Source: a virus (Duplodnaviria; Caudoviricetes). Taken from it: a DNA stretch of 55,001 nt. The first letter of the stretch is position 1, and the number at the start of each line of letters is the position of its first letter. The stretch is taken from IMG/VR virus record IMGVR_UViG_3300024288_000002, positions 1 through 55,001 of that record. One strand, written 5' to 3'. Shown piece by piece: positions 28,378-37,849 of the stretch. The notes beneath the pieces are model-generated. The model saw only the letters and a list, made by a program, of their open reading frames with translations. It made no database searches and had not been told where the DNA came from. The position numbers and the translations under genes are program-made.

Positions 28378-29036
28378 TAGTGACCACCATTCAATCTTGA
28401 AAGGAATTCGGCCTTTGCGGTCCGGGTGTGATCGTTGAATACACCTGACATGACGGCCGTGTACGTCTTAGTGCCCGGTGTTTGTACACCGCGAATTGTC
28501 ATGCAGAGGTGTTCTGCTTCCATGACAACCGCAACGCCACGAGGCTTGAGGTTCTTCTCGAGGAAGTCTGCAACCTGTTGAGTGAGTCGTTCCTGAACCT
28601 GTAGAGCCTTGGCGAAGTGATGTACAACACGGGCGAACTTACTTAGTCCGGCCACGAACTCACCCGGCACGTAGCCTATGTCTGCCTTCCCAATAAACGG
28701 GATAACGTGATGATTGCAGAGGCTCACGAATGGAATGTTACGGACGATGATCATCTCGTCCATTCCATCATTCGGAAAGCACTTCCACTTGATCGGAAGT
28801 GGTTCGGTAAGCTCCTTCAGCATGTGAACGAATCGTGTTGGTGTGTCCTGACCATGTATGTCGTTGACGTCGAGACCTGCGGAAGTACGAAGAAGTACCT
28901 CAGCCGCTTCGATCGCCTCCTTCTCAGGATCGGCAAACATATGTGCAAGAGATGGATGGTTCCGTCGGACTAAGTCCAGGCCCATTCGTTCGAACACGCC
29001 TTGCAACTCTTCAGGTATTGGTTGTTCTCCAGGCAT
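28377..29036 (-). CDS. folE: GTP cyclohydrolase I
   Basis: DTPTR, SLCNHHVIPF, GLSKFAR, LQVQERLT, AEHLCMTIRG motifs. Confidence 0.95.
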   Translation of the reverse strand: MPGEQPIPEELQGVFERMGLDLVRRNHPSLAHMFADPEKEAIEAAEVLLRTSAGLDVNDIHGQDTPTRFVHMLKELTEPLPIKWKCFPNDGMDEMIIVRNIPFVSLCNHHVIPFIGKADIGYVPGEFVAGLSKFARVVHHFAKALQVQERLTQQVADFLEKNLKPRGVAVVMEAEHLCMTIRGVQTPGTKTYTAVMSGVFNDHTRTAKAEFLSRLNGGH

Positions 29037-29374
29037 TAGGCGTCCTTGTTTTCGAATTGAGCCCTTGGCACAACGATCTTCCGTATAGCACCGTTGTCCT
29101 GTTCTTGGTGAATGGCGACCAACGTCTGTAGCGATGGGGGCGACAGACGAAAGCGGGTGAGACGTCCGAATGGCTTTCCCGTACGTCGGGTGTGATTCAT
29201 CCCCATCGAACGGAGGTGCGCACGATTCGGAACCGACTCGCTTCGGTGCTTGGCGATCTCCTTCTCGTCTGCGCCTTCGCTCTTCAGACGCTTGAGAAGG
29301 TTCTTCTCCAATAGTGCTGCCATACGATCGATAGCACCCTTACGGTTCTGCTTGCCTGTACGTGTACGTAACAT
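29036..29374 (-). CDS. Basic hypothetical protein inside the modification cluster
   Basis: AAGGAG RBS; coupled to folE; Arg/Lys rich. Confidence 0.55.
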   Translation of the reverse strand: MLRTRTGKQNRKGAIDRMAALLEKNLLKRLKSEGADEKEIAKHRSESVPNRAHLRSMGMNHTRRTGKPFGRLTRFRLSPPSLQTLVAIHQEQDNGAIRKIVVPRAQFENKDA

Positions 29375-29382
29375 GCTACTCC

Positions 29383-29853
29383 TTATGGTAGCTGGTACTC
29401 AGCTCCGTTGGTGTTTGTTTCCTGGACAAAGATCCTTATTGGGAACTTGGCTCCAAACTTGTCGCACATGGCTTCGCAGATCCACTTGGCGATGTTTTCC
29501 GTCGTAGGATCTCCTGGCCATGTACGCAGACCAGGCAAAGTACTCCATGAGATTGCCGGAACTTCTTTCATGGGATCGTACTGGTGATCGTTGATGAGTT
29601 CACGTGACCATGGATCTTTGTAGTTGAGGTGGAGTTGGTGATCGAGCTGCTCGTCGATGAGCGTACGAAAGACCTTCTTCACCGATCCGAAATCGAGTCC
29701 AGCGAGAAGACCTTTCTCATCGATATGTCCTGCGATATGCATCTCGATCTGCAACGAGTGACCATGAATGTGCTCGCACTTACCTGGCAGGTTCATGAGC
29801 CGATGTGCGATCTCAGCATTGTGACTTACGTAGATACCTGCTCGATGGCTCAC
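29383..29853 (-). CDS. queD: 6-carboxy-5,6,7,8-tetrahydropterin synthase
   Basis: AHRL...CEHIHGHS, LDFG, LDH, PTTENIA, ET motifs; GTG start at 29853 with GTGA overlap. Confidence 0.9.
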   Translation of the reverse strand: MSHRAGIYVSHNAEIAHRLMNLPGKCEHIHGHSLQIEMHIAGHIDEKGLLAGLDFGSVKKVFRTLIDEQLDHQLHLNYKDPWSRELINDHQYDPMKEVPAISWSTLPGLRTWPGDPTTENIAKWICEAMCDKFGAKFPIRIFVQETNTNGAEYQLP

Positions 29854-30215
29854 GAGTCGTCTCCCAGTTGCAAAAGCATCTGAGCGGCTTCGAGATTTGC
29901 TTCGACCTTTTCGGTCATCTTGTCGGCGAGCTGCTCGGAGCGACTTGACTCCGGTGCGACCTCGGCTGTCTTGATCATGGTACATGGAGGAAGGAGATGA
30001 CCTATTTTTAGGCCATTCTCGTCGTATACCATGACGAACGCACCTTCGACGTTCCACCCACCGTACGTCGAGTAAACCACAACAGGGTCGATCTCCCCGT
30101 CGTATACTTCGACACGATACTTGATTGGAATCACTTCGGGCTCTATCCCTTCGTAACCATCATCCAGGAAACTTCTAACATGCTCGCCCATTACCTGCCC
30201 CTTGTGTCGCTCCAT
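29850..30215 (-). CDS. Hypothetical protein
   Basis: Fills the gap between queE and queD. Confidence 0.5.
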   Translation of the reverse strand: MERHKGQVMGEHVRSFLDDGYEGIEPEVIPIKYRVEVYDGEIDPVVVYSTYGGWNVEGAFVMVYDENGLKIGHLLPPCTMIKTAEVAPESSRSEQLADKMTEKVEANLEAAQMLLQLGDDS

Positions 30216-30931
30216 AGTAGGATGTGTGTACGGAATGATAGTCCGTATCCACGCGCAATTGCTTGGTCCACGATGCGTCGAGCTGTATCGACGTTCTGCG
30301 CAACGCTTGTACCTTCAGGCATGACCATTACACGATTCGTATCAATACCTGCGACACGAACGATCTCGTCGACCTCGGGAAAGTCTTCCGTGGATCTTAC
30401 TACGAACTTGAACCACGCCTTAGGACTTTGTGCAAAGTACTCTAGCGTTTCCCAGCGACGACGTTTGTTGATTATGTTACCACTGTGCTTCAGCTTTGGC
30501 GACACGTTGTATTGTGCTACGTGTCTATCGAATGGAAGCGTTGGTGTTATTGTTGCGGCTGTCTCGATGTGAATCGAATCTCCCCAGCCAGTCAGCGTCT
30601 GAATGAGTGGCAGCAAATCGCGCTGCTGCATCATAGGCTCACCACCAGAAATGACAAGCATGGTAGGCCAAGTAGCTATATCCCATAGCTTGCGAAGCTC
30701 GGAGATAACCTCGTCGACCTGCATTGTCTTGCGGTTCGCAGCCTTGTCGTGAATGATAGGCACTTCGAGCTTGCTGGCGAGCTCCGCGTTGAACGCCCAC
30801 GTGTATGCAGTATCACACCACGTGCACCGAAGATTACAGTCCGCCATCCGGAGGAAGAGGCAGTGTCTACCACTTGCTGCCCCTTCCCCCTGGACCGTAG
30901 GTCCGAAGATCTCATTGACCTGCAAGGTCAT
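30191..30931 (-). CDS. queE: 7-carboxy-7-deazaguanine synthase (radical SAM)
   Basis: EIFGPTVQGEG, CNLRCTWCDT, ISGGEP, IET, VSPK motifs. Confidence 0.95.
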   Translation of the reverse strand: MTLQVNEIFGPTVQGEGAASGRHCLFLRMADCNLRCTWCDTAYTWAFNAELASKLEVPIIHDKAANRKTMQVDEVISELRKLWDIATWPTMLVISGGEPMMQQRDLLPLIQTLTGWGDSIHIETAATITPTLPFDRHVAQYNVSPKLKHSGNIINKRRRWETLEYFAQSPKAWFKFVVRSTEDFPEVDEIVRVAGIDTNRVMVMPEGTSVAQNVDTARRIVDQAIARGYGLSFRTHILLWSDTRGR

Positions 30932-31800
30932 TAGTTACTTGCCTCCATGGATCGATGAGTAGTGGCGATTTTCCAGTACTCAGTGTCGTCGTATACCGTT
31001 GAATCCGTGTACGGGAAGTCGTCCGGGCGCTCGTTGTTGAACTTGCGAAGTGCCTCGTCGATTGCCTCGAGACGTTCGACACACGTGCCACAACGGCCAC
31101 AGTGGTTCTCGCCGCCCTTGTAGCAGCTCCACGTCAGGTGGAACGGAACACAAAGCTGCAGCGCACGATAAGCGATGTCGGCCTTCGTCGAGTTTAGGTA
31201 TGGTGTTGTGATTGGCTTGGCTACGCTAGTGAAACCTTCAGCGATGACTTGAGCATCTCGGGTCGGATCAAGCTCGATGTCGAAGTTGTGAAAACCTTCG
31301 TTGCCAGCAAGCATTGCCTGACCGAGCGTGTAGATAAACACCGGACGACAATCCGGGTAGATGAAGTGATCACCTGCGTGGACGCCCATAGCGATTGTAT
31401 TCGCCTGACGATTCACAGCCATACCACATGCGATGGACAGCATGATCATGTTACGGTTAGGTACAACCGTCTGCTTCATGGTGTCCTGAGCGTAGTGACC
31501 CTCAGGCACGTCGATGTGCTTGCAGCCACCTTCAGTACCGTAGGTGTCAGATGTACCTGGGTGCGAAGTGAGTGCGCTGTTCGAGATGAATGGGGTGAGG
31601 CCGGAGAGGTCGATGACGCTGTGACGAAGTCCGAGCGCCCTCGATGTGTTCGACGCGAAGATAAGCTCCTTGCGATGACGCTGTCCGTAGTTGAACGAGA
31701 CAGTTTCAACCTTGTAGTCCTGCGCTAGCAAGTCGTATACCATGGTGGTGCTATCGAGCCCACCACTAACGATTGCTAGCGCTAACTGCTTTTGGGTCAT
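30931..31800 (-). CDS. queC: 7-cyano-7-deazaguanine synthase
   Basis: SGGLDS, YGQRH, VPNRN, YPDCRP, TWSCY...CGRCGTC motifs. Confidence 0.95.
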   Translation of the reverse strand: MTQKQLALAIVSGGLDSTTMVYDLLAQDYKVETVSFNYGQRHRKELIFASNTSRALGLRHSVIDLSGLTPFISNSALTSHPGTSDTYGTEGGCKHIDVPEGHYAQDTMKQTVVPNRNMIMLSIACGMAVNRQANTIAMGVHAGDHFIYPDCRPVFIYTLGQAMLAGNEGFHNFDIELDPTRDAQVIAEGFTSVAKPITTPYLNSTKADIAYRALQLCVPFHLTWSCYKGGENHCGRCGTCVERLEAIDEALRKFNNERPDDFPYTDSTVYDDTEYWKIATTHRSMEASN

Positions 31801-34033
31801 TGAACTTGATCCTTCCAACTGCTTCGTAAACGAATGTTCTCCCAAGACGTGACGACAAGATAAGCCCACGCTGCTCGAGAGTCCCGAAGACAATGTCGGC
31901 TTGACGTGCTTCGAGATGGTACCATTGCATCAATCGAGATCGAGTCACGCCAGGATTTCGACGTATACTCTTGAAGATCCGTTGCAGTAGGATCTCGTTG
32001 GCGGAACGTCCAATACCGTTGATGATCTCGGTAGCATAGTCCCTCCAACCTTCTCCGTACTTGATTGCAAGCAACAGGTCCTCTACCTCGACAGTTACAA
32101 TGTCTTGCTGCAATCGCGACGCTGCGATAAGTACAGCAACCTTCAATATGGACTTAGACAACCGGTCGTACACCGGCGTCATGATGTCTGGCTGGTCGTT
32201 ATTTACGCCTGCGTAAAGCAAGGTCGCTTCGAGCCTGTTGTATCTCTGCCAAGCCTCCTGAGTTAGCTCCGCATTCCATCTACCTTCCGAGATATCTACG
32301 GTCTTACCCTTAACGATTACCTCGGTGTTAAAGATGTAGTGGTCGCGAAGCTCTTCCAATTCATCGAGGAGGACTTGACGTCCAGCCAAGTTCTGCTCCG
32401 TTGGAGGTCCCAAAGGCTGTAAGGTACTCACATCCGATTCCGCCGTTAAGAACAAGAACCGCGGGACAAAACCAGATGATACATGATCTAGGGTCAATAA
32501 CGACTGGATTCGCGTCTTGATCCCGCCTGCGAATATCAGGAGGCATGGTTCCCTAACCGTCACCGTTTCACGCTTGAGGACTCTTTTCATGGTCTTGCCG
32601 TCGTACAATTTTGTAAGAGCCTCGGCCATGCCAGCCATGTAGTCCTTGCGCGCCATCGCTTCGATGAGCCCCGAGAACTCGTCGCGCAGAAACATTGATG
32701 GCTTTCCAGGCCGGATTTCTAGTGACTGCATGAGCCCTTCTAGCGAGCCATCTGTTGCCAAGAGGACGTTGTCGTCCACCTCGTCCAGCATGTCCATTGC
32801 TATATCCATAGCAGTCGATTTTCGTGTCAGCGTCGTATCCGCCAGAAGCATGAACCACAAGTTCGGCATAATGGTCCCGAACGAGGTTGGCAAGCGAATC
32901 GTACCAGCAAGAAGTGAACTGAGGATCATAAGGGCGCCGGCTTGGTGGTACGCTACTGCCGCGTCCCCAAGAGTACTGGCCCATTCTATGTACCTTTCGA
33001 CGAATGTTTCGTAGCCATCCAGAGACTTGAGCTCGTCAGGCGTAATGAGGGGGGCTTGCTTTTCTGTCTCAGGTACAAGGATGTTAAGCTTCTCAACCGT
33101 CATAAGGTATGCGCGACAAACTTCTTCCCATAACAGACGTGGGTGCTTGCCATCGCGCTTGTACTTATTGCAGGCTGCGTCTGAAGCTACAACGAACACT
33201 TCTTCTCGGGACAGACCGGCTTCGAAGCAAAGCATCTGAAGCTGCCATAACGGCTTGCTCCATCCACCTTCTTCGTCGTCATTAGGCGGTTGACTATGAA
33301 TGCTAAATACGATTGGGTTGATCGATCTTCGATACCTTTGCAGGATGTCTACTGCAGCTTCGGTGGGAAGCACTTCAGGCATTGGATCATGGTCAAGGGT
33401 GTTGACTCGTGATTCGGCGTAGTCGCTAAAGTCTTCGATGTGGTAGTAAGTCTTTTTCGCCGTTAAGATCTGGACTTCGTACGGTAGTGCATACTTCATG
33501 TTGAACGTTCCAGGCACACGAAGCAGCTGCGTAAGATCCCAGCCACCACTATCAGCACCATCTGGTACGTGGTGGTACGTGATGTTCCTACTTACTTGCT
33601 CGGCCACCGCGGGGGTTACTGCTTTGTCGAAAACCCACAGGGCCTGCCATCTTGCGGGCGACGTTTGGACTATGATCGATGGGGCGACGAGCATAAGTGA
33701 TGGATCACACGCGTCGAGATCAGCCCAAGCCGCTGTACACATCTTGACGTTCTCTTTAACTCTTGCGCTCTTTGTTCCAGGCGCACGTTGGTTAGTCTTA
33801 AGGAGCTGGGGACAGAAGTACACATTTGCCGTTGCCTTGTTTTGGGAGATATGGTGCATCATTCTTGGAAGGTCTTCTGGGTACTTAAAGAACTCTTCCG
33901 TAAAGCCCTTCTTGCCTGTAATGTTTGTTATGTACGCAACGCATACGTATCCATCTGCTTCTGTCCCGAACAGCAGCTTGAAGAACGTTTCCTGTCTTAG
34001 GCGTTGTTCTTCCGGCGAGGCCGGTGTTGCCAT
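31766..34033 (-). CDS. DNA primase-helicase (RepB-like primase plus DUF3987-type helicase domain)
   Basis: WADLD, VQTSPARWQALW, LLRVPGT.N primase motifs; RKST, DGS.EGL, RDEF, SGFVPRF in the C-terminal domain. Confidence 0.85.
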   Translation of the reverse strand: MATPASPEEQRLRQETFFKLLFGTEADGYVCVAYITNITGKKGFTEEFFKYPEDLPRMMHHISQNKATANVYFCPQLLKTNQRAPGTKSARVKENVKMCTAAWADLDACDPSLMLVAPSIIVQTSPARWQALWVFDKAVTPAVAEQVSRNITYHHVPDGADSGGWDLTQLLRVPGTFNMKYALPYEVQILTAKKTYYHIEDFSDYAESRVNTLDHDPMPEVLPTEAAVDILQRYRRSINPIVFSIHSQPPNDDEEGGWSKPLWQLQMLCFEAGLSREEVFVVASDAACNKYKRDGKHPRLLWEEVCRAYLMTVEKLNILVPETEKQAPLITPDELKSLDGYETFVERYIEWASTLGDAAVAYHQAGALMILSSLLAGTIRLPTSFGTIMPNLWFMLLADTTLTRKSTAMDIAMDMLDEVDDNVLLATDGSLEGLMQSLEIRPGKPSMFLRDEFSGLIEAMARKDYMAGMAEALTKLYDGKTMKRVLKRETVTVREPCLLIFAGGIKTRIQSLLTLDHVSSGFVPRFLFLTAESDVSTLQPLGPPTEQNLAGRQVLLDELEELRDHYIFNTEVIVKGKTVDISEGRWNAELTQEAWQRYNRLEATLLYAGVNNDQPDIMTPVYDRLSKSILKVAVLIAASRLQQDIVTVEVEDLLLAIKYGEGWRDYATEIINGIGRSANEILLQRIFKSIRRNPGVTRSRLMQWYHLEARQADIVFGTLEQRGLILSSRLGRTFVYEAVGRIKFNDPKAVSASNR

Positions 34034-34059
34034 TACTCACCTCCTATTCAATTAGTAAG

Positions 34060-34139
34060 GAACGCCAGGAATCGAACTTCCATATGAGCACCCGTTCGGC
34101 CCGGGCCTACTAGGCTAACCTCGCCGATTCCTGGCGTTC
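34060..34139 (-). ncRNA. Structured intergenic element (15-bp stem containing GTTCGATTCC)
   Basis: GAACGCCAGGAATCG / CGATTCCTGGCGTTC enclosing 50 nt; second hairpin at 34146-34172. Confidence 0.45.
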
Positions 34140-34174
34140 GCCTTCTACTGTAACTATAGTTCAGTTACAGTACA

Positions 34175-34729
34175 TTACGACAGCAGAGAGGAACGCGCCC
34201 CCGACTTGGTCTTGGTCGTAGCGGTTCCAGCAGCTGCAGTCCACTGCGCCTCGGCCCAGAAGCCCTTCGGCTCGAACTTCGGCTGGTAGGTCTTGCTCGG
34301 GTCCTGCTTGTCCTTCTGCTCTCCGACGTAGAGGCCGCCGACCATCATGACCTTGCCGATCAAGAAGTCAGGCGAAGGTACGCGCATCCGACCTGAGCTG
34401 ACGGGAAGGCCGAGCGCCTTCATCATGTTCGAGATGGTGTACAACGCCGGGTTGAAGAGCATAGCGTTCGTCCAGCACTTACGGTTGACGAACTGTCCAC
34501 CCTTCTTGTCGGCGACGACGGTGAACTCGATGGCGTAGTATGGCTTGCCAGGGTTCTTGCTTGCCAGGCCGCACTCCCTGAGGTTCACGTCGGTGATCGT
34601 CATCAGGTACTTGCCGGTCGGAAGAGGCTCGATGTCTCGCGACTCGGAAGCTGCTTCCTCTTCCGAGAAATTGACGTACAAGCCGCCATCGTCGTCCATG
34701 TCTTCCATGTAATCGCTGGGATCAGTCAC
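34175..34729 (-). CDS. Single-stranded DNA-binding protein (DUF669-like)
   Basis: 'EPLPTGKYLMTITDV...SKNPGKPY..IEFTV' motif; next to the Sak4-like ATPase. Confidence 0.7.
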   Translation of the reverse strand: MTDPSDYMEDMDDDGGLYVNFSEEEAASESRDIEPLPTGKYLMTITDVNLRECGLASKNPGKPYYAIEFTVVADKKGGQFVNRKCWTNAMLFNPALYTISNMMKALGLPVSSGRMRVPSPDFLIGKVMMVGGLYVGEQKDKQDPSKTYQPKFEPKGFWAEAQWTAAAGTATTKTKSGARSSLLS

Positions 34730-35627
34730 TTGTTACTCCTGGGTTTAGTAGCGCAAGCGCTTCGTCGGTTACTTCCATGTTTGGTTTGGTAGGTTTGGGA
34801 TTTTCGATTTCCATCTTAGCTGCGCTCATGATACCTGTCTGACGGACAATGATGTCGTACAGTTGCTCCATGTCCGGATTTACTAGGACAGGTGGGAGAA
34901 GACCTGATCGGTCCTTTGCAACTGTTGACTCGGTAGCCGCTGACTGCAGGACTCGTACCTGCGTTTCCTCGCCGTCTACAACCACCTCCTTGATGTTGTA
35001 GTACAATACGATGTCCAGGAATGCTGCGACTTCCTGGGCCATCTTCCCGCTGAGTGACGGGAGCTTAATGGGTCGCTTCATCCGATCCATGTCTTCACGT
35101 TCCAACGCCGTGAAGATCACGTTCATTGGAAGGTCACGGAACGCACGAACGAAGCGCCGAGTCTGTTCGAGGTTCTTGCCCCACTCGCGAATGCTTGGGA
35201 CGTCCATGTCGCGCTCGTCGCCCTTGTCGTCCAAGAGCTTCAGCATGATCTCATTCATGTTGAACTTCTGGATCTCTGTCAGGCTGTCAAGAACGACAGT
35301 CGAGAAGCCGTGACCTCCTGCGTAGAGTGCATCGTATACAGCCTGCATCTCTTTCCAGGTCTTGATTCGGACTCGCTCGACGCCAGGGAATTCCTTCCTG
35401 AGAGTCAGCACACCGCCTTCGATGTCGATGTACAGCACTCGACGCATCTCCGGAACTGCGAAGGCTGAACCTGCAAGTCGAGTCTTACCGACACCTGACT
35501 TGCCGTAGATCATCAGGTTGAAGTGAGGAGGTACGTCCGCGACCTTCTCCAGCTTGAGACCTGCAATCGTTCCTGGCGTCAGACTTGTTACTCGGCTGAC
35601 TCCGTCGATCACTCTCGGATGTGTCAT
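34722..35627 (-). CDS. AAA_24 / Sak4-like ATPase
   Basis: IYGKSGVGKT, IDIEGG, VVLDSLT, AKDR motifs. Confidence 0.85.
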   Translation of the reverse strand: MTHPRVIDGVSRVTSLTPGTIAGLKLEKVADVPPHFNLMIYGKSGVGKTRLAGSAFAVPEMRRVLYIDIEGGVLTLRKEFPGVERVRIKTWKEMQAVYDALYAGGHGFSTVVLDSLTEIQKFNMNEIMLKLLDDKGDERDMDVPSIREWGKNLEQTRRFVRAFRDLPMNVIFTALEREDMDRMKRPIKLPSLSGKMAQEVAAFLDIVLYYNIKEVVVDGEETQVRVLQSAATESTVAKDRSGLLPPVLVNPDMEQLYDIIVRQTGIMSAAKMEIENPKPTKPNMEVTDEALALLNPGVTSD

Positions 35628-35665
35628 TGCTCTCCTTCTCTTGCGGTCCTCATCGGTTTGGACCT

Positions 35666-35839
35666 TTAGTTACCGTTCATTGCCTGACAAAACGCTACCC
35701 AGCAGATCATCACTGCGATGACGATGATAGCAACGTTAGCGACGATAGTAGCGTCGCGGCCTGTGTGGGTTACGACATATGCAGTAGCGACGCTGCCAAT
35801 TCCTAGTACACCTGCAACAACTGCCCATACGTGCCTCAT
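35666..35839 (-). CDS. Small two-TM membrane protein (57 aa)
   Basis: MRHVWAVVAGVLGIG..., translated by hand; part of an ATGA-coupled chain. Confidence 0.5.
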   Translation of the reverse strand: MRHVWAVVAGVLGIGSVATAYVVTHTGRDATIVANVAIIVIAVMICWVAFCQAMNGN

Positions 35840-35943
35840 ACCATCACCACGTCACAGCAACGGCAGACGTAGTAGTTGTGCCCCTTGACATCTTTGCCTG
35901 CGTAGCGTGGCCAGTGGATCCGAAGCTTGCAGATCAGTCTCAT
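35836..35943 (-). CDS. Small Cys/His protein (35 aa)
   Basis: MRLICKLRIHW...CRCC; ATGA overlaps at both ends. Confidence 0.45.
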   Translation of the reverse strand: MRLICKLRIHWPRYAGKDVKGHNYYVCRCCDVVMV

Positions 35944-36098
35944 TGTTTGCCCTTGATTTCTATTTCGCCGGTACATGAGCCCTTACCATCGAGGTGTTCA
36001 GTGGTTGTGTGACCACATTCGCACACAACAATTATGTCTTCCTCGTTGTCGGTTTTGTACCAGTACTCGAAGCCTGAGCAGTCGCACATGACTATCAT
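35940..36098 (-). CDS. Small Cys/His protein (52 aa)
   Basis: MIVMCDCSGF...CECGH...H...C; ATGA overlaps. Confidence 0.45.
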   Translation of the reverse strand: MIVMCDCSGFEYWYKTDNEEDIIVVCECGHTTTEHLDGKGSCTGEIEIKGKQ

Positions 36099-37333
36099 CG
36101 TCCGCCCTTGCTCTCGGTGCTCATGGGTTCGATCTCCCAGTAACGACGAATACGCTTTTCATAGTTCGAGAGGAACATATACTCGACGTCCTCGTCTCGA
36201 TTCGTACCAAGGCAAGGTTGGCGGTAAGCGCAAAACGTACATGCAAAGCGTCCGGGAGATGGGTAAACACGAAGGGCCGGATCGATGATGTCCATGGCTT
36301 CGAGCCAGATGTTATATCCCGCATTAGCCAGTTCTGTCGGCGTACGAAGTACCTGCTTCCGACTGAAGAACCTCGGACCTTCATCCTTCAACCACTCCAA
36401 GAAGTTGTCGTACGCTCCCGCTGCGAGACCTTGAGGGTCGCCCTCGCCGATGGTCTCGAGGTAAATGTCGTACGAAGTGTTTTGCGACTTGCTAACGGAG
36501 TACCAACATCCCTTACGCTGGACCTTGTTCGGCTCAGGCTCGATCGGGAATGCCTTCTTGATCTCGTGGTGGATGAACCCAGCGATGTCGAGTCCTAATA
36601 CCCACAGGGCCCAGCAGTACGAAGTGATCTGGTCGTCGAGTAGGATGAACTCGTCGGGAGCGTCGCCCTCTTCCTGTCCGGACAGACGAGCTGCTGTCTT
36701 CCAGTCAACGATCCAAAGGCGCCCATGCTCATCTTCCATCAGGCAGTCGATACGGCCACCATAGGTAACAGGAAGTCCAGGCCATGAAACCTTTTGGCTA
36801 GTGTCTTCAGGATCTGCCTTGAAGTGTGTCATGAAGAGCTTCCAGCACTGGTTGCACTTACACCAAACGACTCGGCCTTCAGGGTTACAAATAGGCACCT
36901 CGAACTCGATCTCTACCTTGATCGGTTTGAGGCGCCATCCGTCTAGCTTCGGACTGACCTTTGAGCAGTGATAGCGTAACATTCCTTCGCCAAGCGCGAC
37001 ACGCTCTTTGAAGTCCTGATCAAGCTCTGGGTCAATCTGTCCGTTATTCAATTGTACGTAGTGGTTCTTCTGCTCGATGCACATGTTCTTAAATGCAAGC
37101 AGAGCTAGTGTCTCGCGAGTCTCAGCGTCTTTGCCCCACATATCCGGGTCGTACCAGGTCTCCATCGCCTTGTGAAAGGCGCTGCCGAACTCTAACGGCT
37201 TGGGAGTTGTCTGAGGGTACCATCTGTCGACGAACAACCAGTGGTGACGTCGACGACATCCTCGGAAGCTGAGACGTTCGCTCGTGTGAATTGAGTGTGA
37301 AAGTTTAGCTTCGATGTAGTCGTTTAGATTCAA
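36095..37333 (-). CDS. RecB/Cas4-like PD-(D/E)XK exonuclease
   Basis: GSAFH, GRID, IVDWKT, QITSY and C-terminal CTFCAYRQPC motifs. Confidence 0.88.
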   Translation of the reverse strand: MNLNDYIEAKLSHSIHTSERLSFRGCRRRHHWLFVDRWYPQTTPKPLEFGSAFHKAMETWYDPDMWGKDAETRETLALLAFKNMCIEQKNHYVQLNNGQIDPELDQDFKERVALGEGMLRYHCSKVSPKLDGWRLKPIKVEIEFEVPICNPEGRVVWCKCNQCWKLFMTHFKADPEDTSQKVSWPGLPVTYGGRIDCLMEDEHGRLWIVDWKTAARLSGQEEGDAPDEFILLDDQITSYCWALWVLGLDIAGFIHHEIKKAFPIEPEPNKVQRKGCWYSVSKSQNTSYDIYLETIGEGDPQGLAAGAYDNFLEWLKDEGPRFFSRKQVLRTPTELANAGYNIWLEAMDIIDPALRVYPSPGRFACTFCAYRQPCLGTNRDEDVEYMFLSNYEKRIRRYWEIEPMSTESKGGR

Positions 37334-37361
37334 TTTTTAACCCTCCCCTATACTATACTTA

Positions 37362-37393
37362 ATTATACCCTGCACCACGTATTTGACCTCAAG
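37362..37393 (-). promoter_or_regulatory. Conserved leftward promoter, copy 1
   Basis: CTTGAGGTC-N17-TATAAT. Confidence 0.65.
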
Positions 37394-37453
37394 GGGCCTC
37401 ACAATCGTCCTACTGAAAGTCTATTAGTCCGATTGTGAGGGACCTTCAGATCA

Positions 37454-37849
37454 CTACTGGTAGACCTTGAACGACGACGATTGGTCGTTGTGGAAGCCGG
37501 TCAGGTTCATCTGTTGACCTGAGCCGACGTAGCCCTGGAACGTACTGTAGTCCGACGTGATACCGCCGAGGCAGTTCGCATCGTAGTACGTGCTGACCTT
37601 CCAGGGTGAAGAGTAGTTGTTCCTGATCGACGAGACCTGATCGTTGAACGGGTAGCCGATGTTCTGGCAGTGACCGAGATAGGCCGTATCCCAGTAGTAC
37701 ATCGTTCCGCCGCCGTTGCTGTCGATCCAAACGCAGAACTTGTTGGACGGGCAGTTGGAGAACGCCGCCGATGCAGGCGAGCCCGTCGCGAGGAGACCTA
37801 CGACGACAACCATCAGTAGGGCTGCCAATAAGGACAAAGCACGTTTCAT
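37454..37849 (-). CDS. Secreted peptidase-inhibitor I36 (SMPI/beta-gamma-crystallin-like) family protein
   Basis: Signal peptide ending ASA-A; CPSNKFCVW, NDQVSSIRN, YYDAN, NDQSSS motifs. Confidence 0.8.
   Translation of the reverse strand: MKRALSLLAALLMVVVVGLLATGSPASAAFSNCPSNKFCVWIDSNGGGTMYYWDTAYLGHCQNIGYPFNDQVSSIRNNYSSPWKVSTYYDANCLGGITSDYSTFQGYVGSGQQMNLTGFHNDQSSSFKVYQ

Noticed and set aside
29854-30057. N-terminal extension of QueD in the ORF track
   Set aside because: Overlaps another gene; the GTG at 29853 with GTGA coupling gives a normal-length QueD.
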